Positions 52,380 through 64,000 of a stretch of DNA of 64,000 nucleotides are shown one piece after another. The stretch covers positions 53,630,001 to 53,694,000 of the forward strand of contig OX597829.1 of NCBI GenBank assembly GCA_951406725.2. Direction: 5' to 3'. Source of the stretch: Octopus vulgaris. Taxonomy: Eukaryota. Below the pieces are notes generated by a model, which worked only from the letters and a program-made list of their open reading frames with translations, made no database searches and was not told the DNA's origin. Within the stretch, counting starts at the first letter, position 1. The number at the start of each line of letters is the position of its first letter. Made by a program: the position numbers and the translations under genes.

Positions 52380-54180
52380 CTCCTGTTAGTTTTGGGATCA
52401 TTTCTAGCCTGGATGTCCTTCCTGACATCAGCCACTTTACAGACTGAAATGGCTGCTATTTCTCATGCTACCAGCACCAGTGAAGCTGAGAGGTAAACAT
52501 GCAAGGCAGAAAAAGAAAAGAGGGAAAAGGGAAAAACTCCCTCTACTGAGGGAGAGATATTTAAGAGGAGAAGATGGAGGTGGGTGGCTTTACACCCTGG
52601 TATTGAAATACTAAAATATGCTAGAGGGACAAGTGCAGGTGTCTTCATGTAGAAGAAATTCATGGCTGAAGGAGATAAAAATAAGATAATGAGGGTGTGC
52701 TAGTGTAAACGCTCAAAGTGCAAGTGGGTGAGCATAGGGGTGGATACAGACAGGGGGTCATGAAGGGAGAAAGAGAGTGGGTACTTTCCTAAAGAGGTGA
52801 GTGGGGAGTAACATGCGGTTGTAGACAGATGAATATGGGGAGTAAGGAAAAAGGGTGGAAATGCAGTTGAAAGGAAATACCAATATGATAAGGGATAAGG
52901 GGAGAGATATAGGGAGGGGCTCAGGAAGGAGAATAGGTGAGAAAGAAGTAGGGTGATGTGCAAGATATAGGAGCAGTGGAGAGAGAGAGAGAGAGAGGTA
53001 TATAAGGGGCTAGGGTATTGAGAATAATAGTAAGTAAGGGAGATGTTAAGAATAGGGTACACTTGCGGGTTGGGGGTGGGGGGAAGTAGCTGAAGGCACA
53101 GCAAGAAAGTGATTAGCAGAAATAGGGTGGGCAGGGATAACAATGAAGAATGTAAGTGGTTCCAGAGGGAACGGGGGGGGTAATCACCAGAAGGCTGGGT
53201 ATGTAATATGTGACAATTTCAAATGATTGCAGCAGCAGAGTCGTAAGTACTATAGATAGGAGAATGGCAGGTTTTAGATGAGAATTGAAGGAAATACTTC
53301 ACATGACAGAGAGAGAGAGAGAGAAGGGGAGTGGAGAGTGGGTCCCCACATGTACAAGAATACAAGTGGTTTTAGAATATCATGCTTGCTTTGATGGACA
53401 AGCAAAGCAAATTGCCACTGACCCCAGTCCTCTGCCCTCTCATCTGTAACACTCAGCATCTTGGGATCAACCTTCAATATTTCATCCCACACCTTCCTGG
53501 GTCTCCCTCTTCCACAAGTTCCATCCACTTTAAACAATTTGTACTGTCCTCTCCCATATTCATTGCACAACCAAACTAGTGTGGTTTTTCTCTCTTGCTC
53601 ACTACATCTAATTTCTCTCATTTTTTCTCATTACACTAGCACTCTGCCATACATGCACACTGACATTGTACATCCAGCAGAGCATACCAGCTTCTTTTCT
53701 TTTTAGCTTTCACATGTCCTCTGCATTCAGGGTCCACGTCTCTCTACCATGTAACACTGTTGTACGTAGACAAGCATCATGTAATCTGCCTTTCATTCAG
53801 AGAGAGAAAGACCTTTTACAGCCAAAAGAGATAACAGCTCTGTGAATTCACTTCATCTTATTTTATTCTAGCAACTGCACTTTCAGAACATCCTCCTCCT
53901 CTGCTAATTAGGTTACCTAAGTGACAGAGACTACTTACTACTACTAGTGAGCCTCCACGTCATTTGATAGAATCTATTTTCCATGAATCTATTTTTCTTG
54001 ATCTCTATAGCACCTGTGCATCTTCCAAGTACAAACACTATTTTCTCCATTAACTTTCCTGTGGTCCCACTGCACCCCTTGTCTGTCTATAGCTTACACT
54101 GGGTACTCGAAATGGAATACCTGCCAACACCTTTCCTGCATAATGAGCAGGGCTGTTTACTGAAGTGGTTCAAGTCTTAT
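52380..54180 (-). mobile_element. old RTE element with a long pyrimidine-rich 3'UTR
   Basis: ORF remnants at 53400-54180 (VDGTCGRGRPRKVWDE, PHD remnant), a purine-rich plus strand at 52500-53340 and a decayed CTGGATG.CCTTCCT tail motif at ~52409. Confidence 0.7.
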
Positions 54181-54239
54181 CTGTTGTCCTGTTTACTACA
54201 ACTGTGGTATATACATATACATATGTATTATGTATATGT

Positions 54240-54642
54240 AATCGAAATCGATCAATGGAAATCGATCAATGGAAATTGCAGATGTGTTACCAGTGCCGGT
54301 GGCATGTAAGAGAACTTTCCGTTTCGCGACCGTTGCCAGCACCGCCCCGTTTCGTGTCCGTTGCCAGCCTCGCCTGGCCCTCGTGCCGGTGGCACATAAA
54401 AAGCACCATCCGTTCGTGGCCGTTTGCCAGCTCTGTCTGGCACCAGTGCGGGTGGCACGTAAAAAGCACCCACTACACTCACGGAGTGGTTGGCGTTAGG
54501 AAGGGCATCCAGCCGTAGAAACACTGCCAGATTTGACTGGGCCTGACGAAGCCTTCCAGCTTCACAGACCCCAGTAGAACCGTCCAACCCATGCTAGCAT
54601 GGAAAACGGACGCTAAACGATGATGATGATGATGATGATGAT
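54240..54642 (+). mobile_element. RTE 3'UTR fragment
   Basis: Modules plus (GAT)n tail. Confidence 0.85.
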
Positions 54643-55705
54643 ACATATATCATGTGACAATGATTGAACAGATCATTGAATGTTGCTATACCTCACTGGT
54701 CACAATGTGCTTTACATCGTTTTAGCTTTTGAATAATCTCACCCCATTGGTTAGGCGAGCAAGCCAACATTCTCCCTAATGAGAAGGCTAGACTGCTGCA
54801 TTGCTACCTATTTACAGCTGAGTAAACTGGTGCAATGTGAAATGAAGTGTTTTGCTTGAGCAGTGAGGCAGTAAGTAAAGCATTTGAGGGAGGAGAAGGG
54901 ATAAGTAGAGCGGTTAGGGATGAAGAGGAAATTGCAGGATGAAGAGATCAGTTGACGAAAATCAGAGAGAGAATAGATAATGTCTATGGTGTTAGCCTCA
55001 AAGTTGTTGTGTAGTCGGTATAAAACAGTGGGGATGCAAGTAGTAAACATTAGTAGGGAGATATTAGGATATATATACACTGGCCAACTGTCTTATCTCA
55101 AACCAGTGGCAGAGAAACAATGTCAGTGACCAGGTCACTGTTAGTGTGATGAAAAAGTTTTGATGAAAAAGTTTTGACACCAAATACTAAATGATTCAGT
55201 GAAGTTAACGAGTTGTGCATGCTTTTGATTGGTTAATATGCATCGTCACACTGCAACTGCTTACTTAAATATTACAAGGTAATTAAATTTTGTCTTTTAT
55301 TCTATAAATTCTGCCAAATGACTAATGAATATTTGAGGAAGATTATTGTGAAAAAATATGTCACAGAACTTCATTTTTGTATTTGGTTTGCAAGGTAATT
55401 GATGTGAGGGTAGATATTTAACCAACTGACAATCAATAAAGAAGTGATATTGAACCAATGCATGTGTTATTATTGCTGTAATGACCCTCCCAAGATACAA
55501 GTTTATCCATTATTTGATCTTGCATAGTATTAAGATGTAGTAAAAATAGATTTTAATTATATCCTTTCCATTCTTAATTTACAAGAAATGTGACTACGAA
55601 ATTATATAAAATGAAAAGAATGAAGGAAAACTAATAAATGCATGTTTGGATATTTTTGGTGGACTTTGAGTAAACCCTGGTGCCTGGACCACATATTCAT
55701 TTAGA

Positions 55706-56024
55706 TCATAAAAAGAACCATCCGAACGTGGCCGTTGTAAGTGCCGCCTTGGCTGGCTCCCGTGCCTGTGGCACGTTAAAAGCTCCAACCGATCGTGGCC
55801 GATGCTGGACCCCCCCTGGCACCTGTGCAGGTGGCACGTAAAAAGCACCCACTACACTCGCGGAGTGGTTGGCATTAGGAAGGGCATCCAGCTGTAGAAA
55901 CCCTGCCAGATCAGACTGGAGCCTGGTGCAGCCCCTGGCTTCCCAGACCCCGGTCGAACTGTCCAACCCGTGCTAGCGCAGAGAGCGGACGTTAAACGAT
56001 GATGATGATGATGATGATGATGAT
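55706..56024 (+). mobile_element. RTE 3'UTR fragment
   Basis: Very similar to 12130-12400. Confidence 0.87.
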
Positions 56025-56158
56025 AACTGTATCTGCAGCAGTTGGATAGAATGCTTTGTGTTATTTAGTCTGACTATCTACTCTTTGAGTTTGGATCCAA
56101 CTTAGGCCAATTCTGCCTTTCATTTTGGGTTAATAAAGCACCAGTCAAGCACTGGAGT

Positions 56159-56232
<74 letters not shown>

Positions 56233-56619
56233 TCTCTCTCTCTCTCTCCCTCTTCCTTTGTGCATGTGTAAGAAATATTAGCTGCATTTACATCCGATAT
56301 GGATGGACTTTGTCAGGTTTAAAATGACCGAGTTATGTCATTTGTCATGACAACACCTCTACAACTACATCAGGAATTAATGACTGACGGCTGGTTGGCT
56401 GACTGGCTGGCTGGAACAATCTGGTGAGGTTAGCCAACAAAGGAATCTCATTGTGATTTACTAAAAGTAGTAGCCAAATATTTCTTAATCCACACCCTAC
56501 CATCTTAATTAGATTGGTCGTGGCTAGAATGCATATGATCATAATGCTGCCTGATCAAGATTGACCTGGAGTTAAATTAGAAAATTTTTATTATTAAAGA
56601 GTGACTAAAACAATTGGTG

Positions 56620-57445
56620 ATATCACCATCATAATCCTTTAGCATGTTTTCCCTGCTGGCATGGGTTGGACAGTTTAACAGGATCTCATGAGCCACAGAG
56701 CAGCATTATGCTCTGGTATCTGATTTGGTATGGTTTCTACAGCTGGATGCCCTTTCTGACACCAATCAAATTGCAGTGTGTGGTGGGTGTCTTTTTTTTT
56801 TTTTTTTTGTGGCACCAACACTTGTGGGGTTGCCAAGTAAGTTGTAAGACAGGAAAGAACAAGAAAAGGAGGGAGAGGAGAAAGGGGAAAGCTCCCTTAA
56901 CTGTGTGGGGGTGAGTGCAGTTTTTGAGAAGGTGGTGTGGAGATTTTATTCCAGGGACAAGCAGAGATGTCTTGCTATGGAGTAGATACATGGCTATCCC
57001 ACTTTTATATTATAAGGGTGGCTGGGAGTATCTAGGAAAAAGGTAAGATGGAAGCAGTGGGGTACCAGAGCAAAACCTTCAGGAAGCAAGAGATGACATG
57101 GTGGGAATAGTAACTGATGGTTAGATGTGAGGATAGAGGTGATGAAGAGGAGAGGTGGTGCAGCTTGATGGGAAATTGCAGTATGGGTAGGGGTAGAAAG
57201 AGAGAGATAGGTGTGGCTCAGGGATGACAGTTCAGGGTGTAAGAGAAGAAGAGCAAGGCACAGGAGTGTGGAGAGGGAGATTTAGAGGGATAAAAGGAAT
57301 AGCTATAGAGAGTGGGTGAAATAGATGGGTGAAATGAGAGGACACTGAGGTAGGGGTGGGTGGGACGATAGCTGATATGTGAAATGTTAAAAAGTAAAGC
57401 ATGTCAGAGAAGGGAGGGAGGATGGAAGGGGTAAGGGACGATAAT
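56620..57445 (-). mobile_element. old RTE-type 3'UTR with purine-skewed tract
   Basis: CATGGGTTGGACAG...TTTCTACAGCTGGATGCCC tail. The segment AGGGACAAG..GTCTT..CATGGCT is shared with 52620-52668. Confidence 0.55.
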
Positions 57446-57937
57446 GAGAATTAAAATTATCTTGAAAATAAAGAACATTCCTGCAAAATACGAGAAATTG
57501 TGATTTTTAAAGTTCATAGAATATAAAGTTTACGCACAAAATTGATAAGTTCAATGCTGCTTTTCAGCTCTGGTTAGATGAGCTGATATATTTCTCACTG
57601 GTGACATTACAGATAAGAACAAGCAAAATGTCAATTTGCATAATAATTATTGAATGTGTCACTTAAAGGTATTTACCAAAAATAGTGTCAGTAGGTATGT
57701 CTTTCATTCTAGAGTGTCATTTCTATTACTAACAGTTGAAGATTATTCTGTGCTTATTCGTGATAACTTTAGTCAGTGCATCCACATTGAGAAAACTCTC
57801 CAAAATAACTAAATTCAACACTATAAACACTAAACAATGACTTAAATTTTATACACCTTGAGCTACATACTATTTAAAACCTTAATAAAGATCTTTATCA
57901 GAAGCTTTATTAATAACCGTTTATGGTTATTAATATA

Positions 57938-58338
57938 TCTTTATATATAAAAGTAAGGTTGTGTGCTGTCTGTCTCCTACGATTTAGATTCCTAACTACT
58001 CCCACATTTTGCGGTGCAGTTTAACCAAAACCGGGTATCTTATAGTCGTGATTCATATCGAACCCTTCTGGGTATTAGCGTGCGTCTACGATGAGTCTAC
58101 GATTTAAAAAAAAGATTACCATCATTTTTTTCCATTTTAATGCATTTTTTCGCTATTATATAAGGGAAGTAACTCTCTAAAAATGTCTACGATGAGTCAA
58201 CGATTTTTAAAAAAATTTACCATCATTTTTTTTCCATTTTTAATGCATTTTTTTGCTATTTTCTGGCTATAACTCTCTAAAAATGCTTATATAGTTATTT
58301 CCCTTACAAACCCGAGCAACGCCGGGCGATACTGCTAG
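57938..58338 (+). mobile_element. non-autonomous Helitron (~400 bp)
   Basis: 5' TCTTTATATATAAAA, 3' GC hairpin CCCGAGCAACGCCGGG (58311-58326) then CTAG. Inserted between A and T with no TSD; internal ~100-bp duplication. Confidence 0.85.
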
Positions 58339-59589
58339 TATTTAATAAAAATAAGATCTTTAGGAGTTCTACTTGTTTGGCAAGTGACTAGTTCGTGAGA
58401 TTTATATATTTTTTTTGTTGTTGTTGTTTATCTGAGTGTGCAGGTTGAAAAGCAAATAGACAACCCTAGAAAATATAACCTGCATGGTATTCACAAATCT
58501 TTATAAATTTGCTGGAAAAGTAAACTCAACTATTGAGGAAATAGCTTAACATTTAAGAGAAATAGTATAGATTAACTTTGCTGTTCTACTGCCTTGACCC
58601 ATTTTCTTTATTTTAAAATCTCAGGGTGGGGGGGTACCTCACAAGAGAATTTTCATATTGTGCAATTGGGTTGATCCTCTACTCACATAATTATCATCAT
58701 CATCAAATGCCTGTTTCCCATGCTGGCATCAGTTGGAAAGCCACACCAGGCTGCATTTGTGTATATTGGCAAGGTTCCTGTGACTGGATACCCTTCCTTA
58801 TAGTATTAGGTTCAATAAAATAAATACCAGTAACTTATATGTTATTATTATATATCTTCCACAGCAGAAGTGTTAAGGCCACATCCGCTAGCGAAGAGGA
58901 TTGGCTTGCAAGAGTCTTGTACCAGTGCCATGTGAAAAGCACTCAGGCCGGTGCCAAATAAAAGCACTCGTGCCAGTGACACGTAGGATGTATGCACCAC
59001 ACACTGTAAAGTGGTTGGCATTAGGAAGGGCATCCAACCATAGACACCAGGCTGGAACCTGGTGCAGCTTCCTAGCTTGCCAGCTCTGGTCAAAACACCT
59101 AACTTATACCAGCATGTAAAATGGACTTTAAAGGATGATGATGATGGTGGTGGTGGTGGTGGTGGTGGTGGTGGTGGTGATATGGAGGCTGATTTCTATT
59201 GATATACCTTTTCTTCATGTTATTCAAATTAAATATTTATTATCAAAAATTAGAGCAATGTACAAAAAAAAAACCTTGTGGTATTTACATTGTGATTTTG
59301 ATCCCTCTATGAACAATTTTACATGTAGATCTTTTTTGTGTCATTTTAATCAATTTGTGGTCTTCAGTTAATGTTAGAAGTAGTAGTCATGGCTGGAAGG
59401 ATTTTCATCATATCATAGAGCCTCCTTAGTCAGGGTTTACCAACAGGTGCTAAACAACAAAACAAATAAACTTTAATTAAGAATCACTAATATGAAAACT
59501 TATAATCAATCTAAATTAAAATAAACTTTTATTGTTATGTGACTTGACTTAGGATTAGTATTATTCCTGGTACTACTATTATTCAGGGT

Positions 59590-60081
59590 ACTACCTGAAA
59601 CATTAGACATCCATATGATTTCAGTAAGCAATCAAGTGCTCAAAACCTGATAATCTTCTTTGTTCCTGAGAAGCAAACCTTCTGTAGAAGCTCAATGGGA
59701 TATTTCATTCCAATCTCCCTTAAGCACTTGTCTATGTTATTACTCACAGTGCCAAATTCACCAATTATTACAGGTACAACCTTTACAGAGCTGCCAGAAT
59801 TGTTAACATGCTGTTGCAAAATGGTTAGCAGCATTTTGTTTGTCTTTATGTCTTAAAATCAAATTCTGCTGAGGTCATCTTTACTTTTTGTCCTTCAAGG
59901 GTTAATAAACTAAACACACCTTTTTTGTCTGATCTTTTATAATAATATCCAGTTTATTAGCTTTTATAGTTTTGTCGGTATGTACAAACTATTTTTTTAT
60001 CAGACCTAATGTGCCTATTATAATAGGAATTGTTTCTGTTTTTAGGTTCCACATTCGAGTTACCTCTATTTCCAGGTCTTT

Positions 60082-60166
<85 letters not shown>

Positions 60167-62130
60167 GTTATGTAATGTTTTGGCTTGTTTTAATTCATAT
60201 GAGTTGAACCCAAATCTCAAGTAGAGATGTCAAGGAACAGCAAGGTTTTGCACCTAAAGATGCCAATAACAGTTGAGGTGCCATGCAACTGAGAACATTG
60301 ATGTCTGTGGGAGAGAAAAAAAAAACACAGAGTGAGTAAGGTTGCATTTATATGGAAAGGAAGTTACATAGAATATATGAGGTAGCCATAAGTAAGATCT
60401 TTTGTAATTTACTTATTTTGGGGTTGCCAAGAATTTGGTCTACATGTTTACTTCTCTTGATACCATTCCAAGAGTCCCAACAATAATAGCTATTGTTGTT
60501 GTTTTGAGATGCCACATTCTTCTGATTTCAATCTCCAGGTACTTATATTTGCTCAGTTTTTCAAACGTTTTCTGAGATGTGTTTTTGTTGACTGGGACTG
60601 CAACATTAATCTAAAGACAAGTCTTTTCAAAATGATTTTTCTCAAAGAGTTCAGGTTGGTTTACCTGTATTCCCCAGGTAGTCACTACACTGTGATTCTA
60701 AAGGATTAGTAACCTCAATAATCTGGGCAACCTGTGGTGTCTGGTGTTCCCACAGATTGTTTTTGTGACAGAGATCATACTGAACTGCCCCATCGTGCCT
60801 TTGCAAGTATTCTGTTGGTGCCAATCTGCTGCATTCAAGATTGCGTAATTGATTGTCTCTGGGTGTTCTCTGCAGACACAGCATGGCAGGTTGTTTTCAT
60901 ACATTATTCTGGTAATTTCTAGTCAGAAGGGACTTGTCCTGCGCAGCAACTATACCCCCCCCCCCCCCCTCAGCTTCTGGTTTGAGATCAGAACGTGACA
61001 GTCACTGATGAATAAGGTCTTGATCAACATTAGGGTCCCTGATTCTAGTCAGGTATTTGCCATTTTTCTTGAATATATCAAAGGCTGGTTTGTTTTGCTA
61101 GGGTTTGTATTTGTTTTGCCTTATCTATTGGGGACACATTTTCTTCGGGTATTGGTTCCTCTTGTTACATTTCTTGGAGATACATTTTTGCATCTTTCAC
61201 TATTCAGTGCAACATTTTGATATCTTCATGTTTCAGAACCAACTTAAACATCCAGTTGTTTTGCTTGTTGCAAGTAGGCAGAAAGTCCCTTGGTTGCAGT
61301 TTTCAATAAGAGTTGAAATTGTATTAACCCCTGACTGCCTTCTTTTGTTGGGAGGAATATTCAGTCTATGTCTGCTTTAAGGTGATGCATACAATGCAAC
61401 GACATCAGCTTTTGGATTTTGACATCACCTTCATTGATCTCAGAAACGGTGCAGTTTATGATATTGAATCTGTAAGTGATTACAGGCATGGTCAATGTGT
61501 TTATGGCTTCAATTTTGTTTCTGGCATTCAGCTCAATTTTCAGAATAGTTCTTTGACTTTGTCTTTCATCTTTATGAAATAAGTACCAGTTGAGCACTGG
61601 GACTTACCTCCTCCTCCAAAGTTGTTGGCTTTGTGCCAAAATTTGAAACCACCACCACCATCATCATCATCTTCTTCATCACCATCATCATCGTCATCAT
61701 CATCATTATTATTTCTTTTCTTTTCTTTTTCTGACTTATATATTTCATATCTCAGCTCCATCCTGAAGCTTAGAGACACACAACACTTTCCTCAACACAT
61801 GAGTTGTTCAAAGTATTGCTGCCAGCTGTGTTCTTCCTATGAAGTTTGGTATTTACAGCTTTTGATGCCAGAATATTGCTCTCTTTGAGACATTCCCAAG
61901 AGCACCAATCACAATAGGTACCATGTTCACTTTTGAATCTCTATGGAAGCATTTCCCTTCCAATGCTAGGTTTGGTATTTCCTTACTTTCTTGTCCTCTG
62001 TCTTCACAATATTCTGGTCTGCAGGTATAACTACATCGATGAAGGCCCATTCTTAGACTCCTGCCATAGGAGAGTGATATCTGGTCAGTTATGGTGCAGC
62101 TTCTTATCTGTGTAGATTGGTATATCTCAT
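59590..62130 (-). mobile_element. cluster of R4/Dong-like (RLE) LINE fragments
   Basis: VVPVIIGEFGTV..LQKVC..GT..IIR (59640-59790); DLEIEVTRMWNLKTETIPIIIG (~60000-60080); CCVCREHPETI..CSRLAPTEYLQRHD; ELNARNKIEAINTL..KADID (61361-61550); VPIVIGALGNV (~61900). Confidence 0.75.
60084..60165. repeat. (TAT)n microsatellite
   Basis: Directly visible. Confidence 0.97.
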
Positions 62131-62848
62131 GTGAGTTCCAAACAGTAGAACTCCCATGTGAGTTCTACAGTTTGGTTTTTAATTTGATGTGAGTACAATT
62201 GTAAAAACAAAAATGGTATTTATTCATCTATTTTCTACTTTTACCCCTTTGAACAAAAAAAAAACAAAAAAAAGAACCTTAGAACTTTTTGATGCAACTT
62301 ATTTTCTGATGTAATTGTAAGAAAATAGGATATGGCAACAAGACGAATCAAGAAAGAAAATACACACACTTAATTAACAAAAACATTTGCACAGACAGTA
62401 CCTCCCCCATCCCCACCCCACCCCACCCACACACAAAATATTTGGAATAAAATATGAACATTAAAAAAGAAAACCAACAATGATGTAACTAGTGTTTCTG
62501 ACAGCAAAAACAGTTTATTTAAAGATTCACACAGCAGTAACATCAGCAACCATAAAAACACAGCGTCACACTCAGATAAATGAGAATATAAGAATATAAG
62601 GATATAAGAATATAAGAATAAACAAGGAAATTCTGAACTTAAGCAGGTTCCTATTGAAGATTCAAGATTAGAAGGACTATATTACAAAAAAACAACTCTC
62701 TCTCCCTTCTTCAAGATTTGGAAAGGAGAATGTTGGCATGCCTCATGAAAACAGAACAGGCTTTTTTATGTACTGTCTAAAATAAATCGAAGCAAGTTCT
62801 AGCCAATGTATGGGACAATATTTTGTGTATTAAATGAGGCAAAAAGTA

Positions 62849-62977
62849 TTTCCTCAACACATGAACTGTTCAGAGTATTGCTGCCAGCTGTGTTCTTCCT
62901 ATGAAGTTTGGTATTTTCAGCTTTTGATGCCAGAATATTGCTCTCTTTGAGACATTCCCAAGAGCACCAATCACAAT
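62849..62977 (-). repeat. second copy of LINE 3'-end segment 61787-61915
   Basis: ~128-bp direct repeat with few mismatches. Confidence 0.85.
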
Positions 62978-63229
62978 GCTTTGTTCTTGGGTAAGAACAA
63001 AGCTGAGTGATAAGATCCATACCTGCATGTAGACTCACATTATGGGACATGGGTCAACATGGCACAATGATGAGTGTTAGGAACGTCACCAGGAACATCT
63101 TGCAGCTCATCTTTATCTTTGTGAAGCAATATGGGTGGGTTGTGAGAGTTGTAGGAATGCAGAACATGTGGTTGAGAGGGATCTGTATAGACTTGTAAGC
63201 CCTTATGACCCCTACAAAACTACAAAGCT

Positions 63230-63840
63230 AATATAAAGTTGCACCCTCTCAGAAGGATAGAAATATGAGTGATCATACTGGGAAAAGGCCCAGTTACTGC
63301 CCTTGTTACTTGGCAACTTTATACCACACAAATGCCATTGTGAGGCTGTTGTTGATGGGTTTGGCCTGCATCTGCTTTCATGCCAACTTAGCACTGGCCT
63401 GTTCCCTCAACATGCTACTTTGAATGACATCATCAGGAGGAACCTCGACACAGTCAGCTTACCATCACAACAAGAGTTAGTTGGCCTTGAACATGGCACT
63501 GGTAAATGCCCCGACAGAATAACCTTCATCCCATTCAAGACAGGAAAATCTCTGATCTGGGATGTGATGTACTGCAACTCATTCTCTGCCACCAACTTTG
63601 TTGCTTCAGCTGCAAACCTGGGCACAGTGCCTGCAATGCAGAAGGGAGGAGGATAAGCAAATACCAGAGTTTGACCAACCACTTTTTCTTTTCCATACCA
63701 GTCACCTCTGATGTCCTTGGCCCCGACATTGCTAATTTTCTCTGCAAAACTGGAAAGACAGCATCCCCACCTGAGGAAAGTGCACTGTGAGGTAGAATGG
63801 CTGTTTCTGTGGGAAGCATTTCCCCTTTGGTTTTCAGGGG
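63230..63840 (+). mobile_element. CRE-like LINE C-terminal remnant (zinc knuckle plus restriction-like endonuclease)
   Basis: PHKCHCEAVVDGFGLHLLSC...HATLNDIIRR...GKCPDRIT..PFKTGKSLIWDV matches the C-C-H-C / RHxxLND / RPDG / WD pattern of CRE-type RLE elements. Confidence 0.75.
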
Positions 63841-64000
63841 GGTCTTGGACCTGTGGGTTTCCTCAACTGACCACAAATGGAGGTTCTCCTTCTTTGAGAA
63901 AATTGAATCCTCATTATTTATTATTAACTTTATGTTTCATGTTTTGTTTTATTATTTTTTTATGGTGGGAGGGCCTCTGGAAGGGCCCCATTTGATTTTC

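Overview
Eukaryotic, AT-rich, repeat-dense sequence. The SINE, RTE-LINE and microsatellite repertoire resembles a coleoid cephalopod (Octopus-like) genome; this is inferred from motif recall, not a database search. I find no confidently supported host protein-coding gene, rRNA, functional tRNA or CRISPR array. DNA transposons: a decayed DD34D mariner, a DD37D (maT) remnant, a pogo/Tigger-like end, several MITE/foldback elements and a short non-autonomous Helitron. Retroelements: a young 5'-truncated RTE LINE with an open RT frame, an internal PHD-type finger and a tandemly expanded 3'UTR, older RTE, CR1, Penelope-like, R4/Dong-like and CRE-like remnants, and many tRNA-derived SINEs. Tandem repeats: a 93-bp array made from a SINE tail and an ~8.3-kb (TATG)n array with layered variant zones. 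The most notable unannotated signals are several type I hammerhead ribozyme motifs, one with a complete canonical core at 50059-50105. Motif coordinates were read by hand; element boundaries are approximate.
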